From Chiloscyllium plagiosum (taxonomy: Eukaryota), in the NCBI RefSeq assembly GCF_004010195.1, contig NC_057719.1, forward strand, positions 14,789,849 through 14,817,826: 27,978 nucleotides of DNA. The letters are read 5' to 3'. A model generated the notes under the pieces. It ran no database searches. It was given only the letters and a program-made list of their open reading frames with translations, and had not been told where the DNA came from. Below, in pieces: positions 22,016-27,978 of this stretch; position 1 is the first letter of the stretch; every line of letters begins with the position of its first letter. A program made the translations under genes and the position numbers.

Positions 22016-22720
22016 TAGGCTATACTCATGTTTGCAAAATGCAGAATATAATGACTAACATGAAATGTGATTCTGCAATAAACTGAATACTCCAGAGTGT
22101 GCTAAGAGTTATACTGATGACTAATTTAAGCTTATTATTCTGGCTCAAAATGGCTTCCACCTATGCCAACACCACCAGAACATGTTTTATATTGGACCTA
22201 TTAGTCTAGCCATGTTTTTAGAAAGATTTTTTGAGATCTCAAAAATCAACTTTTATGCCACAATCCATTGCAACAAAAGCTAGAGTAGAGTGGATACGTT
22301 CAAATGGTATTTAAATAATTTTCTTGCTTTTTTCTTAATAAGGCAGCTGAGAGGATTGATGACAGTAAAGCCATAAGATGCAATTAGATGTTAGTCTACA
22401 GAACAGGCTTTGCTTGTCAAGGTTAAGTTTCGTGGAATAAAAGTGACAGCCAGAATTGGATACAAATTTGGTTGAGTAACAGGTTTTAGAGAAGCAGAGT
22501 TACATTGTTTAGAAGTTGAAGACAAATTCCCCATATATTGGTGTTAGGACTCTACTTGATATATATTAATGACCTAAAGTTGGGTGTACAGGGAATAATT
22601 TCAATATTTGTGGGTAACATGAAACTTGTACATAGTGTTAACTCTGAGGAAGATAATGACAAACATCAAGAGGACATTGTAAAACTGGTGGAAAGACAGA
22701 CAAGTTGTAGATTAAATGAT

Positions 22721-22813
22721 AACAAACAATGCTGGAAATCACAGCAGGCCGGGCAAAATCCTGAGAGATCGTAAGCTATCATTTCAAGTCTAGATGACTC
22801 TTCATCAGAGCTT
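22721..22813 (-). mobile_element. Penelope-type terminus nested in the old CR1
   Basis: AATGCTGGAAATCACAGCAGG matches the arm at 21081-21100. Confidence 0.8.
22773..22813 (-). ncRNA. Degenerate minimal (type I-like) hammerhead ribozyme motif
   Basis: Minus strand AAGCT-CTGATGA-A-GAGTC-ATCTA-GACTT-GAAA-TGAT-AGCTT: stem I, both core boxes and stem II present; stem III and cleavage triplet mutated, so probably inactive. Confidence 0.65.
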
Positions 22814-24004
22814 ATTGCCCCAGTAGAGGTTTGAGCATCAGCTGTAATTTGCTCCTGAGTGGTAGATTAAATTTGATCTGGAAAACTATGAAATGATTCG
22901 TTGTGGGAGGCAATATGAGGAAAGCAAATATAACATCAAGGGCACAATTTTAAAAGCAGTGCAGGATCAGAGGGGCCTGTATGCATAACTAGAGACATAG
23001 AGTCCAGTGCAAGGAAGTTAGGAGACATCTGTATGAAACCCTGATTCAGAGTATTGTGTCTAATGCGTGGGATTGCAACTTATGAATGATCTGAAGACAT
23101 TAGAGGTTACAGAAAATATTCACGTGAATGGCTTCAGGAATGTGGAACATCAATGGATAGATTGGAGAAGTTGAGGATGAACCCCTTGGAAAGGGGAAGA
23201 GTCCAAGGAACTTTAATGGAAGTGTTCTGAAAGGGACAGGACAGAGTAGATAGGCAGAAGGTACTCACATGGCAGGAAGATTGGAATCAAAAGGCATTGA
23301 TTGAAGGTGCTTAATGAAAGAAACAAAGTTAACAACAAGTAAAATCTTTCTTACACAGGGTCTACACTGAGAGCTTTGTGCCTTCAGTCAGGGACAGATT
23401 TTTAGTCAGTAAGGGAATCAAGGGTTGTGGGGAAAAGGCAGGAAAGTGGAGTTCAGGGTTATCAGATCCACCGTGATCTGATTACATGGCAGTGCAGACT
23501 CAATGGGCTGAATGGCCTACTTCTGCTCCTATGTCTTATAGTCAAAGGTGGTATGGTAATGAGACAATAGGTGATTAGGAGGCAAATGGGTGCATTTGTT
23601 GGTAAGCAGGGAAACAGGTGGATGAGATAGCAGCTGGATAGGATGGCAGATGGGTGATCTAGGTAGTGGTTCGAGCCAGAAGGACCTTATCAGATTGAAT
23701 TGAGAGGGAGAAGTCAAGGGGTCAGGGGACAGTCAGACTTTTCCATCTAACATTTTCTTTATAATAACAATGTATTTCTGTCCAAATTGTCTGATGTATT
23801 TGACTCTAACACGGAGTCAAACAATTATTCAGAAAATTCTTTGGGAGCAGGATAACTGTCTGTCCAAAGTTCAAAACTCCTGTGCCATTCCTGTGGAGAT
23901 AGTGCACAACGTCTGAGGGATCCGGGAGTGAATCTCTGGTTCCACTCCAGACCCCAACTATCTGGAAGGCAGGAGATCAGAGCATATATCAGGACAGGAG
24001 ATCA

Positions 24005-24254
24005 GAGCAAAACTAATGTAGTGTACAAAATCCCATGCAAGGACTGCACAAAACACTATATAGGACAAACAGGAAGACAGCTAACGATCCGCATCCACGA
24101 ACATCAACTAGCCACAAAACGACATGACCAGCTATCCCTAGTAGCCACACACGCAGACGACAAGCAACATGAATTTGAAACAAAAACTTCCAGCTCGGCG
24201 AACAGAACCACAGCAACGAGCACCCGAGCTACAAATCTTCTCACAAACTTTGAA
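24005..24254 (+). mobile_element. Penelope-like element fragment: GIY-YIG endonuclease joined to terminal repeat
   Basis: NVVYKIPCKDCTKHYIGQTGRQLTIRIHEH has the GIY-YIG motifs with the PLE-typical CxxC and R..EH. Confidence 0.92.
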
Positions 24255-24429
24255 TATGTATAAAGTTGTAAATTTAAAATGCTGAAATGAAAGATGAGCT
24301 GTCACTCCTCAATATTATATTCAGCTGCACTGTGACAGAGTAGAAAACCAAGGAATCAGAGTGAGAGTGAAATAAAGACCACTGCAATTCTGGAGACTTG
24401 AAGACTGAACTGAAGTGTTACATTATAAG

Positions 24430-25945
24430 ACAGGACCAGATCAGGTGTACCCTAGAACTCTGCAAGAAGCAAGAGAAGTGATTGCTGGGCCCCTTGCTGA
24501 GATACTTGGATCATCGATAGTCGCAGGTGAGGTGCTGGAAGCCTGGAGGTTGGCTAACGTGTGCTACTATTTAAGAAAGGTGGTAAGGACAAGCAGGGAA
24601 CTATACACCAGTGAGCCTGATGTCTGTGGTGGGCAAATTGTTGGAGAGATTCCTGAGGGACAGGATGTACATGTATTTGGAAAGGCAAGGACTGATTAGG
24701 GGTAGTCAGCATGGCTTTGTGCATGGGAAATCATGTCTCACAAACTTGATTGAGTTTTCTGAAGAAGTAACAAAGAATTTTGATGAGGGCAGAGCAGTAG
24801 ATGTGATCTTTATGGACTTCAGTAAGGCATTCAACAAGGTTTCCCATGGGAGACTGGTTAGCAAGGTTAAATCTCACGGGATACAGGGTGAACTAGCCAT
24901 TTGAATATAGAACTGGCTCAAAGGTAGAAAACAGAGGGTGTTAGTGGAGGATTGCTTTTCAGACTGGAGGCGTGTGACCAGAGGTGTGCCACAAGGATCA
25001 ATGTTGGATCCACTACTTTTCATCATTTATATAAATGATTTGGATGGGAACATCGAAGGTATAATTTGCAGGTGACACCAAAATTGGAGGAGAAGTGGAC
25101 AGTGAAGAAGATGACCTCAGATTACAATGGGATCTTGATCAGATGGGCCAATGGGCTGAGAAGTGGCAGATGGAGTTTAAGTTAGATAAATGCAAGGTGC
25201 TGCATTTTAGAAAAGCAAATCAGAGCAGGACTTATACATTTAATGGTAAGATCCGGGGGAGTGTTGCTGAACAAAGAGACCTTGAAGTATAGGTTCATAG
25301 CTCCTTGAAAGTAGAGTCACAGGAGATAGGCTAGTGAAGAGGGCAATTGGTATGCTTTCCTATATTGGTCAGTGCATTGAGTATAGGAGTTGGGAGGTCA
25401 TGTTGCGGCTGTACTGGACTTTGGTTAGGTCCCTGTTGGAATATTGCATGCAGTCCTGGTCTCCTTCCTATCTGATGGATGTTGTGAAACCTGAAAATTT
25501 TCAGAAAAGATTTACAAGGGTGTTGTCAGGGTTGGAAGATTTAAGGTAAAGGAAGAGACTGAACAGGCTGGGACTGTTTTCCCTGGAGCGTTGGAGGCTG
25601 AGAGGTGACCTTATAGAGATTTATAAAATCATAATGGACATGGATAGGATAAATAAACAAAGTCTTTTCCCTGGGCTGAGAGAATCTAGAACTAGAGGGC
25701 ATAGGTTTATGGTGAGAAGGCAAAGATATAAAAGAGACCTAAGAGGCAACTTTTTCATGCAGAGAGCGGCATGGAATGAGGAAGTGGTGGAGGCTGGTAC
25801 AATGACAACATCTGGATGGATATATGAATAGGACAGGTTTAGAGGGATATGAACCAAGTGCTGGCAAATGGGACTAGATTAGGTTAGGATATCTGGTTAG
25901 CCTGGATGAGTCTGTTTCCGTGCTGTACATCTCTATGACTCTATA
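24430..25945 (+). mobile_element. HER1/CR1 LINE, longest copy (about 1.5 kb), frameshifted
   Basis: GPDQVYPRTL, SQHGFVHGKSCLTNLIEF, MDFSKAFNKV, WAEKWQMEF; CTCTATGA tail; several stops. Confidence 0.96.
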
Positions 25946-26114
25946 TAGGAGAAAAAATAGGCCAGTTAGTACATCAAGTCTACTCTGCCACTCAGTGGCT
26001 GATCTGATAATCCTTTCCTGCCTTTTTTGCAAAGGAGTTACCCAATCTACATTTGCTTTCCCCAACAAACAGCAGATCAACATCATGAACAGTGAGAACA
26101 ATACCCTGAACTGA

Positions 26115-26553
26115 AAGATAGGGTGAATTGCCAAAGTCTTATCCCCAGGGTTGGGGAGTCCAAAACAAGAATGCAAAGATTTAAGATGAGAGGGAAAAGA
26201 TTTAAACAGGACCTAAGCGGCAACTTTTTTTACGCAGGGGGCGGTGCGTGTTGGAATGAGCTGCCAGAGGAAATGGTGGAGTCTGGTACAATTACAGCAT
26301 TTAAGAGAGCTCTGGCTGGGTATATGAATAGAGACAGTTTAGAGAGAAAAGGGCCAAATACTGGCAAATGGGATTTGGTCAGATTGAGAAGTGTGGTTGG
26401 TGTGGATGAGTTGAACTAAAGGCTCTGTTTCTGTGTTGTGTTAAAATTCACACAACACCAGGTTATAGTCCAACAGGTTTATTTGGAAGCTGCTCCTTCA
26501 TCCAGTGGTTGTGGAGCATAAGCCCACAAGACCCTTGCGGTCTGACTCTATGA
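26115..26553 (+). mobile_element. HER1/CR1 3' fragment interrupted in its tail
   Basis: ESKTR..RFKMRG, WNELPEEMVESG; tail resumes as TGACTCTATGAC at about 26542. Confidence 0.85.
26441..26530 (-). mobile_element. Penelope-type terminal repeat fragment (another family)
   Basis: Minus strand GGATGAAGGAGCAGCTTCCAAATAAACCTGTTGGACTATAACCTGGTGTTGTGTG, recognised as a PLE-type terminus with the hammerhead GAAA half absent. Confidence 0.65.
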
Positions 26554-26631
26554 CCCAAACTAAATCATTGTTTCACTTAGAAAGACTATTTGGGTTTTAG
26601 GACAGTGTTTAATAAAAGTGTTTTTTTTTAA

Positions 26632-26942
26632 TTCATAGAATCCCTGCCAGGCCATTCAGCCCAACACGTCCACACCGACTCACTGAAGAACATCCCACCC
26701 AGACACACTCTCCTACCCTGAAACCCTGCATTTCCTCTGGCTAATCTCCACTCTCCTGGACACCATGGGCAATTTAGCTATCTATTCTGCATATCTTTGG
26801 ACTATCAGTGAAAGATGGAACAAACTCACACTGACGTGTGGAGAATGTGCAAACTCCACATAGACAGTCACCTGAGGCTGGAATTGAACCCCGGTCTCTG
26901 GCACTATGAGATCGCAATGCTAACCACTGAGAACCATGCCAC
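26632..26942 (-). mobile_element. HE1-type SINE, diverged
   Basis: GGCCATTCAGCCCAAC...GAGAATGTGCAAACTCCACATAGACAGTCACC...GGAATTGAACCC. Confidence 0.88.
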
Positions 26943-27695
26943 TCTTATAGTTTAAGCTTTTAGGGGAAGATGCAGTGTGACAGGAAGAAGTTTCCTGATG
27001 CAGCATCCCCAGTGCTTATGTAAGCAAGCCCACCCAGGAAATGGGCAAGTGTCTCCCTCTGGAGGCATCTTAAAGGTGCTACATGTTCTTTTCAAAGTGA
27101 AAAGTAATTTCAAGGAAATTTCAGGATTGTCATTTTGGCAAAATGATTAGCTTGTTCAAGTTATAAACAGAAATGATGCGATCATGTCTAATTAAATAAA
27201 AAGCAGATTGCAATAGCTTGCACTGAAACAAGATACGGCATCTGCGGTGCTCAAACATTCACAGATGGCTAATATGGCAACTTGCTGAGCTTTCTGAGTG
27301 AGGCATTTCAGAAAATTGGTCCGCGCTCAAGCGCTTTTCAATGCTTTTTATTTATTTGTTTATTTATAACTCTCAGCTAAATTATTTTCCAAAAGCACAA
27401 TGTTAGCTATTACTGGCAGTAAAGATCTATAAGTAATTACACAGAAAAAAATTGCAGATGTGTAGGATAAAGATGATTGCAATGCAAACATATCTATCTC
27501 TCTTTATCATTATTTTGCATGGAAACTGGTACAATAGAGATAGAATTCCAATTATAGCATCTCTTTGGCAAAGGGAGTGTTTCATTATTGTTGCTTTCCA
27601 TTCAAATTTCTATCTAATATCTGATGGATGTTAAACACGTGTAGGGAGTGTAGTATTTGAATGCAGGGCATTGGTGAGGCCACACCTGGAATATT

Positions 27696-27978
27696 AGACA
27701 ATAGACAATAGACAATAGGTGCAGGAGTAGGCCATTCAGCCCTTCGAGCCTGCACCACCATTCAATATGATCATGGCTGATCATTCCTAATCAGTATCCT
27801 CTTCCTGCCTTATCTCCATAACCCTTGATTCCACTATCTTTGAGAGCTCTATCCAACTCTTTCTTAAATGAATCCAGAGACTGGCCCTCCACTGCCCTCT
27901 GGGGCAGAGCATTCCACACAGCCACCACTCTCTGGGTGAAGAAGCTTCTCCTCATCTCTGTCCTAAATGGCCTACCCC
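27696..27978 (-). mobile_element. CR1 LINE 3' end, young-looking, runs off the window
   Basis: Perfect (TAGACAA)3 tail, GGAGTAGGCCATTCAGCCCTTCGAGCCTG stem-loop region; minus frame reads RTEMRRSFFTQRVVAVWNALPQ. Confidence 0.92.

Larger units (their letters stand above)
22345..23539 (+). mobile_element. Old, heavily decayed CR1 LINE
   Basis: VLGLYLIYINDLKLGVQGIISIF (compare VLGPVLFVIYINDL...SKFADD); tail GGGCTGAATGGCCTACTTCTGCTCCTATG; may be two adjoining fragments. Confidence 0.75.

Overview
Eukaryotic, repeat-dense, essentially non-coding DNA. The repeat families point to a cartilaginous fish (shark): HE1-type V-SINEs, HER1/CR1 LINEs, a Deu-domain SINE and Penelope-derived termini. By my hand tally about 55-60% of the window is transposon-derived: about a dozen CR1/HER1 fragments (one with a 367-aa open RT frame), five HE1 SINEs, four copies of a second tRNA-SINE, a Rex1/Babar 3' end, a decayed PIF/Harbinger transposase, a Penelope GIY-YIG fragment, a clean 722-bp solo LTR with a 4-bp TSD, and a second possible solo LTR. 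No host gene could be named; a few splice-site-bounded open frames in the unique DNA are only weak exon candidates. The most interesting signal is a set of Penelope-type termini carrying degenerate minimal hammerhead ribozyme cores (CTGAnGA-stem II-GAAAC-GTT), several arranged as fold-back palindromes. I found no convincing evidence of a wholly new system. Family names come from recognition of motifs, not database searches, and boundaries of old repeats are approximate.
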